Shown here: one piece after another, positions 15,969-25,033 of the stretch
Position numbering within the stretch: position 1 is the first letter of the stretch
Layout: each line of letters opens with the position of its first letter
Origin: Okeania sp.
GTDB taxonomy: Bacteria; Cyanobacteriota; Cyanobacteriia; Cyanobacteriales; Microcoleaceae
Length of the DNA: 32,000 bases
Assembly (NCBI RefSeq): GCF_035285525.1
Contig: NZ_JAYKGW010000252.1
Location: 477-32,476 of the forward strand
Direction of reading: 5' to 3'
Made by a program: the position numbers and the translations under genes
The notes under the pieces: generated by a model
Seen by the model: the letters and a program-made list of their open reading frames with translations, nothing else
The model's database searches: none
Told to the model about the DNA's origin: nothing

Positions 15969-16058
15969 AGGACTTACGCAGAGACCCTAGATATAGTGCT
16001 TAAAACTATTGCGCAATAGTTTTTGAACTCTATATACAGTACCTTTGCGTAAGTCCTG
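15969..16058. repeat. MITE-like hairpin repeat, family A
   Basis: AGGACTTACGCAGAGACCCTAGATATAGTG...CTATATACAGTACCTTTGCGTAAGTCCTG. Its first ~60 nt are nearly identical to the left part of the 19328-19551 copy. Confidence 0.75.
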
Positions 16059-16269
16059 TTTATATGAGTTAATAAGTAAAGTTTAGAAGTATTTTTAATA
16101 ATTATAGACATTGAGAGAAAGTTCGCCAACCTAAGAACTTCGGAGGAAATATGCTTATAAAAAGTAGTTAGTTTGTCCAAATCCTTTTAATCGTTCTACC
16201 TCCTGTCTTGAGTGAGAACTAATAACTGAAGATGTTTTGCTAATTGTATTGCGGTTTCATTTTCCTATT

Positions 16270-16452
16270 TCTGTTCCCTATTCCCTACCCATAAAAAAAA
16301 TTGTAGGGGTTTGGTCTCCAAACCCTCCATACCTATTTCCCTACCCATAAGAAAAAAAATTGTAGGGGTTTGGTCTCCAAACCCTCCATACCTATTCCCT
16401 ATTCACTATTCCCTAGCCATAAAAAAATTGTAGGGGTTTGGTCTCCAAACCC
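16270..16452. repeat. Three-unit tandem array (periods 59 and 68 bp), each unit containing a family B hairpin
   Basis: TTGTAGGGGTTTGGTCTCCAAACCC occurs at 16301-16325, 16360-16384 and 16428-16452. The copies are separated by mutually similar CCATACCTATT(T)CCCTA.CCATAA(G)AAAAAAA segments. Confidence 0.8.
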
Positions 16453-16626
16453 AAGCAGCAAAAGCTTTAAAGACTAAACCCCGTTAGTTCAAAATGTCAC
16501 TTTTTTTAGAAAACGGACGTTGCATAACAAACATGGGTTTCATGTCGCGCAGCGATACGTCCCTACCTATTCCCTACTTTTTGCATTCGCAAATTGAAAA
16601 ATTCTTCATTACCCATCAAGAAACTC

Positions 16627-17925
16627 TTAGAGATCAGCCATCACTTCTTTGGCTGCAGCTAAAGTCCGATCAATATCTTCCTCAGTATGCGCTAAAGAAG
16701 TAAACCCTGCCTCAAACTGAGAAGGAGCCAAATAAATTCCCCGCTCCAACATTCCTCGATGGAACTTGCTAAATTTCGTCAAATCAGACTTTTTCGCATC
16801 ATCATAATTATGAACAGGTCCTCCATGAAAAAACATACCAAACATGGCACTAATATTTCCACCACAAACATCATGACCAGTTTCTTTTCCAATCGCCAAT
16901 AAACCATCAGCAAGTTTCTGAGTAATTTTGTTTAATTGTTGATAAGTACCTGGTTTATGTATCAATTCCAGAGTTTTAATACCAGCAGTCATAGCCAGAG
17001 GATTACCAGACAGAGTGCCAGCTTGATACATTGGACCTGCTGGAGCTACCATTTCCATAATATCCTGACGACCGCCATAAGCTCCTACTGGCAAACCACC
17101 ACCAATAATTTTGCCTAAAGTTGTCAAATCTGGAGTAACGTTAAATTTTTCTTGAGCGCCACCATAAGCAATACGGAATCCAGTCATTACCTCATCAAAT
17201 ACAAGTAATGCACCGTTGTCTTGGGTAATCATCCGTAACCCTTCCAAGAAACCTGCATCTGGAGTAATAAATCCAGAATTGCCCACAACTGGTTCTAGGA
17301 TAATACCAGATATTTCACCAGGGTTGTCAACAAATAGTTGCTTAACTGCCTCCAAATCATTGTAAGGAGCAGTTAAAGTATTCACAGTTACAGACTTAGG
17401 CACTCCAGGAGAATCTGGCAAACCCAGGGTTGCCACACCAGAACCAGCTTTGACTAAAAACATATCAGCGTGGCCATGATAACAACCTTCAAATTTAATT
17501 ACTTTGTCTCTACCTGTAAAAGCTCGCATCAAACGGAGTACAGCCATACAAGCTTCTGTACCAGAGTTGACAAAGCGGACCATTTCGATGCTTGGTACAG
17601 CATCAATCACCATTTCCGCCAAAGTATTTTCTAAAGCACAGGGAGCGCCAAAACTTGTGCCTTTTTCCAAAACTTCTTTCAGAGCATTTAATACTTCTGG
17701 ATGAGCATGACCACAGATAGCAGGTCCCCAAGTGCCGACATAGTCGATGTATTGGTTGCCATCAACGTCCCAAATGTAGGCTCCCTTAACTCTGTCAAAT
17801 ACGATGGGTTGGCCACCAACAGATTTGAATGCTCTAACTGGAGAACTAACTCCCCCTGGCATCAGTTTTTGAGCTGCTGCAAAAATTTCCTCAGATTTAG
17901 TGGTATTTAGTGTAGTAACTACCAA
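16627..17925 (-). CDS. hemL: Glutamate-1-semialdehyde 2,1-aminomutase
   Basis: Full-length match to the HemL pattern: [65 protein letters not shown], and [17 protein letters not shown] with the PLP-binding Lys. Apparent TTG start, with AAGGAG 8 nt upstream. Confidence 0.95.
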   Translation of the reverse strand: MVVTTLNTTKSEEIFAAAQKLMPGGVSSPVRAFKSVGGQPIVFDRVKGAYIWDVDGNQYIDYVGTWGPAICGHAHPEVLNALKEVLEKGTSFGAPCALENTLAEMVIDAVPSIEMVRFVNSGTEACMAVLRLMRAFTGRDKVIKFEGCYHGHADMFLVKAGSGVATLGLPDSPGVPKSVTVNTLTAPYNDLEAVKQLFVDNPGEISGIILEPVVGNSGFITPDAGFLEGLRMITQDNGALLVFDEVMTGFRIAYGGAQEKFNVTPDLTTLGKIIGGGLPVGAYGGRQDIMEMVAPAGPMYQAGTLSGNPLAMTAGIKTLELIHKPGTYQQLNKITQKLADGLLAIGKETGHDVCGGNISAMFGMFFHGGPVHNYDDAKKSDLTKFSKFHRGMLERGIYLAPSQFEAGFTSLAHTEEDIDRTLAAAKEVMADL

Positions 17926-18040
17926 TTTTAGTCTCCTTAAATTTGTGTTTATTTCAATTTCGATTTGAAGATTTTATATTATCACCAAATTAAAGTAAGC
18001 CTATATCTACATTTGAATAATTTTATCATTTGTTATAAAT

Positions 18041-18232
18041 AGGTTTGAGCGCAAAGAAACCCGGTTTCTACCCTCGTACCGGGTTTCTGGGTTGAAACAG
18101 AGGGAGTAATACTAAATATAGATATAGTACCTCCCTTGTAAGTCCTGATACAAAAACTTAGGTTTGAGCGCAAAGAAACCCGGTTTCTACCCTCGTACCG
18201 GCTTTCTGGGTTTAAAAATGGGGAGTAATTGA
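18041..18232. repeat. Direct repeat pair (period 119 bp) in the hemL-hisIE spacer
   Basis: AGGTTTGAGCGCAAAGAAACCCGGTTTCTACCCTCGTACCGG(G/C)TTTCTGGGTT occurs at 18041 and 18160. A partial family A end (..TAAGTCCTG, ends 18147) lies between the two copies. Confidence 0.7.
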
Positions 18233-18394
18233 TGATTTATACATAAGAATTGATTCCCTGTTTTTTCTTTTTGCAGATGTCTATTTGCAAGGATGCTGCA
18301 TATAAAGTCCCTATTCCCTACTCCCTAAATTATGAAATATGCCAGCGTACATTGCTATATCTAGTCCTCTCAAGAGGACTTTAGCTTTGAGCCA

Positions 18395-18515
18395 ATTTTA
18401 ATCCCTGGCTCATGTTGGGTTGAGGAAACGAAACCCAACCTACCCTAACTCTGGGATTTTAATCCCTGGCTCATGTTGGGTTTCGCACTTCTTCAACCCA
18501 ACCTACGCTTACTCC
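18395..18515. repeat. Direct repeat pair (period 60 bp), each with a GTTGGGTT...AACCCAAC hairpin
   Basis: ATTTTAATCCCTGGCTCATGTTGGGTT occurs at 18395-18421 and 18455-18481. Each copy is followed by a different loop and then AACCCAACCTAC. Confidence 0.65.
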
Positions 18516-18648
18516 CTATTTATTTGACAATTTATATTTTTTATGATAAAGACAAAAAATAAATTAAAATTTAAGATTAAAAATTTAGAAAATACTCAAA
18601 AGATATTCTAAACTCCGAAGTACACAAGCAAATTTTTTGAGGCACATA

Positions 18649-19317
18649 ATGTCTACCTCTCAATCAGTAAGTTTAAGTCAGTTGATTCCAGTGGATCGGG
18701 TTCGTTACAATGAGCAGGGACTTGTACCCGCTATTATTCAAGATTATTTAGATGGTACGGTGTTAATGATGGCCTGGATGAACCAGGAATCATTACAAAA
18801 AACTCTAGAGACAGGACAAACTTGGTTTTGGAGTCGTTCTCGCCAAGAGTTTTGGCATAAAGGAGCGACTTCTGGGCATTTTCAGAATATTAAGTGGATG
18901 CGCTATGACTGCGACAACGATACTTTATTAGTAGGAGTAGAGCAAATAGGCGATATTGCTTGTCATAAGGGAGAAAGGAGTTGTTTTCATCAGGTAGATC
19001 GAGAAGTTGTCAAACCACCAGCAGATATGTTGTCTCAGCTTTTTGATGTAATTAGCGATCGCCGAGACCATCCCCAAGAAGGTTCCTATACCTGTAAATT
19101 ATTTGCTGGAGGAGATAATAAAATTCTTAAGAAAATAGGGGAAGAGTCAGCAGAAGTGGTAATGGCTTGTAAAGATGATGAAAAAGAAGCGATCGCTGCA
19201 GAAGTAGCAGATTTGTTTTATCATACTTTGGTTGCTCTAGCTCACCATAACGTTGAGTTGCGAGATGTGTATCGAAAGTTGGATGAACGTAGACCACAAA
19301 ATAAATACTATAAATAG
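18649..19317 (+). CDS. hisIE: Bifunctional phosphoribosyl-AMP cyclohydrolase / phosphoribosyl-ATP pyrophosphatase
   Basis: HisI part: [61 protein letters not shown]. HisE part: [39 protein letters not shown] prefer ATG 18649 (MSTSQ) over the in-frame TTG at 18637. Confidence 0.9.
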   Translation: MSTSQSVSLSQLIPVDRVRYNEQGLVPAIIQDYLDGTVLMMAWMNQESLQKTLETGQTWFWSRSRQEFWHKGATSGHFQNIKWMRYDCDNDTLLVGVEQIGDIACHKGERSCFHQVDREVVKPPADMLSQLFDVISDRRDHPQEGSYTCKLFAGGDNKILKKIGEESAEVVMACKDDEKEAIAAEVADLFYHTLVALAHHNVELRDVYRKLDERRPQNKYYK

Positions 19318-19327
19318 GTAACTTGGT

Positions 19328-19551
19328 CAGGACTTACGCAGCGACCCTAAATATAGTGGTTAAAACTATTGTGCAATAGTTTTTTGCATCTATAATATAG
19401 CGTGTCGGTGCGTAACGCTACCGCTTTTTCGTATAGGGAATGCGAACGCATTCATGTCGCGGAGCGTTATCGTATAGGGAATGCGAGCGCATTCATGTCC
19501 GCTCAAGGGCGGAAAACACACCCTAATAATAGCGTTCATTCGTAAGTCCTG
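19328..19551. repeat. Family A MITE-like element carrying nested insertions
   Basis: Termini CAGGACTTACGCAGCGACC... / ...CATTCGTAAGTCCTG. The interior has a ~40-bp tandem duplication (CGTATAGGGAATGCGA(A/G)CGCATTCATGTC). Confidence 0.7.
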
Positions 19552-19571
19552 TGGTAGTTGATTGTTTGATC

Positions 19572-19691
19572 TTAATAGTTTGGCAGCGTTTTTGATTAAC
19601 TTTGAATAGCAACCTTCTTTATTAACTTATTTTAATAGTTTGGCAGCGTTTTTGATTAATTTTGAATAGCAACCTTCTTTATTAACTTATT
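19572..19691. repeat. Exact-period 60-bp tandem duplication abutting the GH13 start codon
   Basis: TTAATAGTTTGGCAGCGTTTTTGATTAA(C/T)TTTGAATAGCAACCTTCTTTATTAACTTATT occurs twice (19572-19631 and 19632-19691) with one mismatch. The ATG is at 19696. Confidence 0.9.
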
Positions 19692-19695
19692 TAAT

Positions 19696-21162
19696 ATGAT
19701 TAATCCTTCTCTATATCAAATCAACACTCGTGTTTGGCTCAACAAAATATCCCAAAAATTAGGTCATCATGCCACCTTAGATGATATTCCTGATGATGAA
19801 CTAGATCAAATAGCAAACCTAGGATTTGATTGGGTTTACTTTTTAGGAGTTTGGCAAACAGGAATCATGGGGCGAGATATTTCTCGTGCTAATCCTGATG
19901 TGCGAACAGAAGGAGTAGAAATTTTTGGTGACAACTTCCATGAAGATTATATTTGTGGGTCTTGTTTTGCCATAACTGATTATCATATCCATGAAAATCT
20001 GGGTGATAATGAAGCTATGTTGCGACTGCGCGATCGCCTCCATCAACGGGGACTAAAGCTTATGCTTGATTTTGTTCCCAATCATACTGCTCCCGACCAT
20101 CTTTGGGTAGAAACTAACTCTGACTTTTATGTGCAGGGAACCCAAGCTAATCTTGAAGAAGAACCCCACAACTATATACAAATAGAATCGTCAACAGGTA
20201 GTCAAATATTTGCTTATGGAAGAGACCCTTATTTTCCAGGTTGGTCTGATGCTTTACAACTAAACTATGGCAACCCCAAATTACAAGAGGCAATGTTAGC
20301 AGAGTTATTCAATATTGCTCGTTTATGCGATGGTGTTCGCTGCGATATGGCAATGCTATTATTGCCGAATATTTTTCAGCATACTTGGGGTATTTCTATG
20401 GAACCTTTTTGGGATGATGCCATTTCCCAAATTAAACAACAATATCCAGATTTTATCTTGATGGCAGAAGTCTATTGGAATCTGGAGTGGGAACTGCAAC
20501 AGTTAGGATTTGATTATACTTATGACAAACGCTTATATGATCGTCTCCGGGAACAACAAACAGTTCCAGTTAGACTGCACCTTTATGCCGATCTTAACTT
20601 TCAAAGTAAGTTGGCAAGGTTTATAGAAAATCACGATGAACCCAGAGCAAATGTAGTTTTTCCAGCCAGAGTCAATCAAGCTGCTGCCATTTTAACTTAT
20701 TTTACCCCTGGTTTACGTTTTTTCCATCAAGGTCAGTTACAAGGTTGGTCTCAGAAAATTTCGGTGCATTTATGTGACGCTCCTGAAGAACCTGCTGTTC
20801 CCAAACTAGAAAGATTTTACCATCAATTATTAGATTGTTTGGCTCTGAATATTGTTCGTGAAGGAAATTGGCAGTTACTTGAATGTATAGCTGCATGGGA
20901 AGGAAATTTTACATGGAATAATTTTATTGCTTTTGTCTGGAAAGGAAAAGATGAGCGACTTTTGTTGATAACAGTTAATTATGCTGCCGAACAGAGTCAA
21001 TGTTATGTTCTACTTCCTTTTGAGAGTCTTAGAGGTCAAATGTATCAAGTACAAGATTTAATGAGTGATGTTAGTTATGATCGCTTGGGAGATAAATTGA
21101 TTTCAAGGGGTCTGTATTTGGATATACCTGGATGGGGTTATCATATTTTTGATATTAGTTAA
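19696..21162 (+). CDS. Alpha-amylase family (GH13) glycoside hydrolase, specificity unknown
   Basis: GH13 conserved regions: LMLDFVPNHTAPDH (region I), GVRCDMAM (region II, nucleophile Asp), LMAEVYW (region III, Glu), FIENHDE (region IV). No signal peptide is evident. Confidence 0.9.
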   Translation: MINPSLYQINTRVWLNKISQKLGHHATLDDIPDDELDQIANLGFDWVYFLGVWQTGIMGRDISRANPDVRTEGVEIFGDNFHEDYICGSCFAITDYHIHENLGDNEAMLRLRDRLHQRGLKLMLDFVPNHTAPDHLWVETNSDFYVQGTQANLEEEPHNYIQIESSTGSQIFAYGRDPYFPGWSDALQLNYGNPKLQEAMLAELFNIARLCDGVRCDMAMLLLPNIFQHTWGISMEPFWDDAISQIKQQYPDFILMAEVYWNLEWELQQLGFDYTYDKRLYDRLREQQTVPVRLHLYADLNFQSKLARFIENHDEPRANVVFPARVNQAAAILTYFTPGLRFFHQGQLQGWSQKISVHLCDAPEEPAVPKLERFYHQLLDCLALNIVREGNWQLLECIAAWEGNFTWNNFIAFVWKGKDERLLLITVNYAAEQSQCYVLLPFESLRGQMYQVQDLMSDVSYDRLGDKLISRGLYLDIPGWGYHIFDIS

Positions 21163-21289
21163 GTAGTCGTGCCAAATTAATTTCCTAGTTGAGATAGGGA
21201 ACACTTAATACTTAACTGGGAACAGACAATTAACAAAATGTGTAATTAATTTTGCTTATGCACTTAAAAGCTTTGATAATTAATAAAGG

Positions 21290-21313
21290 AAGGCAGAAGG
21301 CAGAAGGCAGAAG
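21290..21313. repeat. Heptanucleotide tandem array (AAGGCAG)n
   Basis: AAGGCAGAAGGCAGAAGGCAGAAG, three units, about 130 nt downstream of the GH13 stop. Confidence 0.8.
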
Positions 21314-21469
21314 AAAAAGCAAAGGTTTAAAGGGAAAAGGTTTTTTTCTTGCTGATTGTCCCGACACGATATAACTCCTATTTCTCCTGACCCTGTAGGG
21401 ACTATGCAACGTCCCTACCTAGGGTTTGCTGATTAAATCTCAAAGTTTTTGCAGATAAAAGTTATAGCC

Positions 21470-21665
21470 TTTTTAGGTGGGAAAAAGTACCTGGTTTACG
21501 GTTCCCGAAAAATCAGCTCTTAATGGTCAAAAAGTTACCATTTTATGCAAGTCATTGGGCAGAAAAAATTACTTTTCTGCTCCCCTACTCCCCTTCAAGC
21601 GCTCCCGTAGAGACCCCCTTATGCAACGTCCCTACCCTTAAAAAAGACTGAAGAAGCACAAACCC
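21470..21665. repeat. Dispersed repeat, family E, copy 2
   Basis: See copy 1 at 12106-12342. It has the same conserved blocks, including ...CAAGCGCTCCCGTA and ACGTCCCTACCCTTAAAAAAGACTGAAGAAGCACAAACCC. Confidence 0.7.
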
Positions 21666-21673
21666 TACCTATT

Positions 21674-21698
21674 CCCTACTCCCTACTCCCTACTCCCT
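21674..21698. repeat. Heptanucleotide tandem array (CCCTACT)n abutting the stop codon of the pLGIC gene
   Basis: CCCTACTCCCTACTCCCTACTCCCT. It ends 4 nt from the TAA (21703-21705 on the minus strand). In the mRNA sense it reads (AGTAGGG)n. Confidence 0.85.
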
Positions 21699-21702
21699 AA
21701 TT

Positions 21703-23934
21703 TTAAATAAATACTAAAATAGTGATTAGTAGCAAAACCTTCAACATAGTTGGCCAATAAAGCGCCTTAAATATAAAGTTGTCTTTATACTTAAAAATGG
21801 GAAGATTCGGATTCAAAGTCCAAAGAATAAAATTAATAGCTACTAAGAAAATATACAAATAAACAACAAAGTAAAAATACTCTAAATAAACAATTCCTTT
21901 AGTAATTACTTGTTGTCTAACTGTCACCTGATCTAAAATAACAATAAATACAAAACCTGCACAAGCTCCCAGAACTTCCATAGTTTGCTCATAGTTAGTA
22001 ACTAAAAGTACAGCAAATAACAATGTCAAAACTACAATCATCGGTCCGAGTTTAGAAATAAATAAACCCAAGAAATCTCTTTGTAGAATGACAGTAAATT
22101 GTAGTTCAGGAAAATTAGTTTTTGGTGGAGTATTAACCACTCCAAAATTAGTATTATATGTCTTGAATATATATTCAAAAAAGCTATCCCTGAGATACCA
22201 TTCTCCCAATACAATTTCTTTGTCTACCCCCGGTGCAGTTTGTGGGTTAATTACAGTATAACTTTGAAAATCAGGAACAAGAATTACCCGACGATTTAAC
22301 TCTCCATTATTATAATCCTGATGCCAAATTCTAATTTTCAAATCTTTGTCATCAAAAGGATAATAGTCAAAATCAAAATCCATACGAAAAGTATAAGCAA
22401 AATACCAACTGATAACTTCTAACCCATCTTTTTTATAACGATAATCTTCTCTTAGTTCATAATCACTATTTTCAATGGCATCAGGAAGCATAATACCACG
22501 AGATAAATCATCATGGACTCCATCTTTGTAAGTTTGCCATATATAACCTGTGACAAAAGCATCTTTCGGACTGGTCAGATCGAATGATTGAATGAAAACT
22601 CCTGTCGGAACAATTAGAGGCGGGTCTTGATTTAATTCTTTACTTAACCGTATTTGAGGAGCTAATAATTGTTTCACACCAGTATCACTAAGTAACAGGT
22701 TTCGAGTTGATGTATAAGTTCTTGCTTTCAATACTAAACTCCAAACAAAAGCAATATTTGCGACAAAGAATATACTAACAATAGATGATATTAATGAAAT
22801 TCGTTTTACTCCTCCTCGGTAAACTCTCAATAAGAGAATTGAAATAAAAATAGCAGACCAAAGGTAAGCAATACTAATAGTAGTTAATTTCCGTCTTGTA
22901 AGTGCTGAGTCTGGAAGAATTTCATCTTGAATAAAAACTATTCCTACTAGCCATCCATTTAGATTAGTTTTTCGTAGAAATAACCAAGAATTTTGACCTG
23001 TTACTTTATCTGTTAAAGCGGCTTCTACTGGCTTACCTCTGAGTCCTTCAACAATCAATTCTCTAAGTTTTTCATCCTGCTGTTGATAGGTAATATCAAA
23101 GATATTTGCTTGGGATTTAATATACTCTTCATTAGGATGATATAAGTAAGTTCCTGTTTCAGAAATAATAAATCCGTAGCCAGTTCTACCCAGGTTTAAA
23201 GACCGCACTATGTCTAAAATTTTAGTTAATGAATATTCGCTATATACAATACCTCGTGGAGATTTATCTTGAGTATCTGGGTTATAAAAAGGAGTAAAAA
23301 ATCCGACAACTGGATCGCTATTAAGGGAAGGAGCACTCCAAAAATAAGGTTCACCCCAATTTGGCCCCTTGTTTAGGGTATTACTATACCAAACATATTT
23401 AGGTTTTGTATAGTTAACTTTAGTTTCAGTTAGCTCTATTTTGTCATCTATTCTTGCATAATATGGTGCATAAAGTTCTACATCTGGGCTATAAGCAAAA
23501 GGTTTATAAGCAACACCAACATCTAAAAAATCAGTATTTTCTTCAAGTTCTAATTTAAGCCGTCCTAATAATTCCTCATCTGCTAATTTGCCAGAACTCA
23601 GAGCGTTAGCGATAGAAATAGCTGATTTTTGAGCAAAATATAGTCGCCGATCAATCTCCAGGGCAACTCTAGCTGTTTCCCTTTGAGATTGGTGTTTAGC
23701 ATTATCAAATACTTCTTTTTGTTCGAGGCTGTATAATAATGACCCTACTATGGCAAGTGTTAAACTAATTCCACCTAGAATTAATGATGTATAAAATGCT
23801 ATGATTTGTGGTTTACTAGCATTATTAATAGTTAATACTTGATGTAGAAAAAGATAGATTTGAGTTTTAATTTTTTGATATTTTTTCTCTTCTTTAATTG
23901 GTTTATTTTCGTCGATTTCTTGGTTAATTGTCAT
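21703..23934 (-). CDS. Cache (dCache_1-like) sensor domain fused to a pentameric ligand-gated ion channel (prokaryotic Cys-loop/'Pro-loop' receptor homologue)
   Basis: 743-aa ORF with AGGAG 9 nt upstream of the ATG. The layout starts with TM1 (aa ~44-69). A Cache-like region follows at aa ~85-340 (KYVWYSNTL, GEPYF, VVGFFTPFY, RGIVYSEYSL, LGRTGYGFIISETGTYLYHPNEEYI). Next come TM2 and TM3 (aa ~351-403). The pLGIC extracellular domain begins at aa ~438 (VPTGVFIQSFDLTSPKDAFVTGYIWQTYKD) and includes YYPFDDKDLKIRIW (YPFD at nt 22351-22362). It is followed by LQRDFLGLFISKLGPMIVV (M1, conserved Pro), M2, M3 (IVYLEYFYFVVYLYIFLVAINFIL), a short loop and M4. Confidence 0.85.
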   Translation of the reverse strand: MTINQEIDENKPIKEEKKYQKIKTQIYLFLHQVLTINNASKPQIIAFYTSLILGGISLTLAIVGSLLYSLEQKEVFDNAKHQSQRETARVALEIDRRLYFAQKSAISIANALSSGKLADEELLGRLKLELEENTDFLDVGVAYKPFAYSPDVELYAPYYARIDDKIELTETKVNYTKPKYVWYSNTLNKGPNWGEPYFWSAPSLNSDPVVGFFTPFYNPDTQDKSPRGIVYSEYSLTKILDIVRSLNLGRTGYGFIISETGTYLYHPNEEYIKSQANIFDITYQQQDEKLRELIVEGLRGKPVEAALTDKVTGQNSWLFLRKTNLNGWLVGIVFIQDEILPDSALTRRKLTTISIAYLWSAIFISILLLRVYRGGVKRISLISSIVSIFFVANIAFVWSLVLKARTYTSTRNLLLSDTGVKQLLAPQIRLSKELNQDPPLIVPTGVFIQSFDLTSPKDAFVTGYIWQTYKDGVHDDLSRGIMLPDAIENSDYELREDYRYKKDGLEVISWYFAYTFRMDFDFDYYPFDDKDLKIRIWHQDYNNGELNRRVILVPDFQSYTVINPQTAPGVDKEIVLGEWYLRDSFFEYIFKTYNTNFGVVNTPPKTNFPELQFTVILQRDFLGLFISKLGPMIVVLTLLFAVLLVTNYEQTMEVLGACAGFVFIVILDQVTVRQQVITKGIVYLEYFYFVVYLYIFLVAINFILWTLNPNLPIFKYKDNFIFKALYWPTMLKVLLLITILVFI

Positions 23935-25033
23935 AATTTTTTCTCCTATATAATTTTCGTTTGTAGAAACAATATCAAAAAATGTTGACGATTTTGGGCT
24001 TGGTTTGTTTGTGTTTAAGAAACAGTGATCGCTATGGCCATTTCTGATAATTGATTCTTTTTATATTTCTGTGAATAACTACTTCTTTTACTAAAATATA
24101 TAATTTATACTACTGGATTGACACAATTAATTTTGTGCATTAGGACGGGTTTACTTAATCTTGGGTTGAGCATTGAACTCTTCAATAAAAACCCACCCCT
24201 ACCCCATGCACCATTTTAGCTGTGTCGGTTTACTACTTAAAAAAAAGAATGCTATAAAAAGGTGCAATTGGGAACAAGTGCTTACAAAAAGCAATTCCAA
24301 TTCGTTTCCGACAGTCATTTTTATATTTATCCCCTTTTGTCAATATTTACTTTTTCTTGCTTCTAACTTACGGATGTTGAATACAACATCCCTACCTCAA
24401 AATGCTTAAGCAAAATTAATTGTGCATTAACTTTTCACTCTGTCAGACATAGAGACGAAATTATATACAAATAATTTTGCACAACTACTTAATATCAAAA
24501 ACATTTATCATATTGCGATTATGGGTAATTCAAAATTGTACCAAAAAATATAATAATTAGAATAAAAAGTCTATGTATTATGTACAAGGGTATCTTTTTG
24601 GGCAGGTAAAAGTATAAAAATCATTTTGGTAGTTCCTTACTACCCACAGTTCCCAGACTTCCTAGCTTTTCCCATCACAAGGACATGAAAATTATAGTCG
24701 GTGATTATAAGTTTTGTATAATAAACAATTATATAATTTTTTACTGCTTACATTGTTAACTGTGGGAAAATCCCATAAACTTAGATTCTTACTATAAAAT
24801 TAAACAATTTTAAGAAAACTTTAATTTTCTTAATACTTTGTATAAAAAGATTATTGGTAAAGTATATTTCTAGTAACCATAAGAAAAAAATATCAGCCAT
24901 ATTTAAAAAGTATAATTTTGTCATACTGAGTATTTGCTTATATTTTGCATTATGCTATCCTCTAGTCTGGTTGTGTAAAAAGTATTTTCTCCTAAAAAAT
25001 AGTATCTAAATTGAAATTTGATTGAGGAAAAAA

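Noticed and set aside
15974-16180. 68-aa ORF (-) upstream of htrA, and ORF 16494..16703 (+) overlapping the hemL 3' end.
   Set aside because: The first ORF overlaps the family A MITE for ~85 of its 207 nt; the remainder is A/T-rich htrA upstream spacer with no recognisable motifs. The second starts in a GGACGTTGCAT...CCCTAC hairpin repeat and runs antisense into hemL. Neither has protein-like features.
16270-16452. CRISPR-like appearance: a 25-nt palindromic repeat occurring three times at ~60-bp spacing.
   Set aside because: The 'spacers' are homologous to one another (same CCATACCTATTCCCTA...AAAAAAA sequence). The repeat is a dispersed hairpin found singly elsewhere (6428, 14314, 14551). 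No cas genes or leader are present. It is a tandemly amplified hairpin unit, not a CRISPR array.
24173-24409. 78-aa ORF in the pLGIC-MscS spacer.
   Set aside because: It begins inside a GGGCGGGTTT-type repeat relative (AAAACCCACCCCTACC) and ends in the CGGATGTTGAATACAACATCCCTAC hairpin. It has A/T-rich low-information sequence and no ribosome-binding site.
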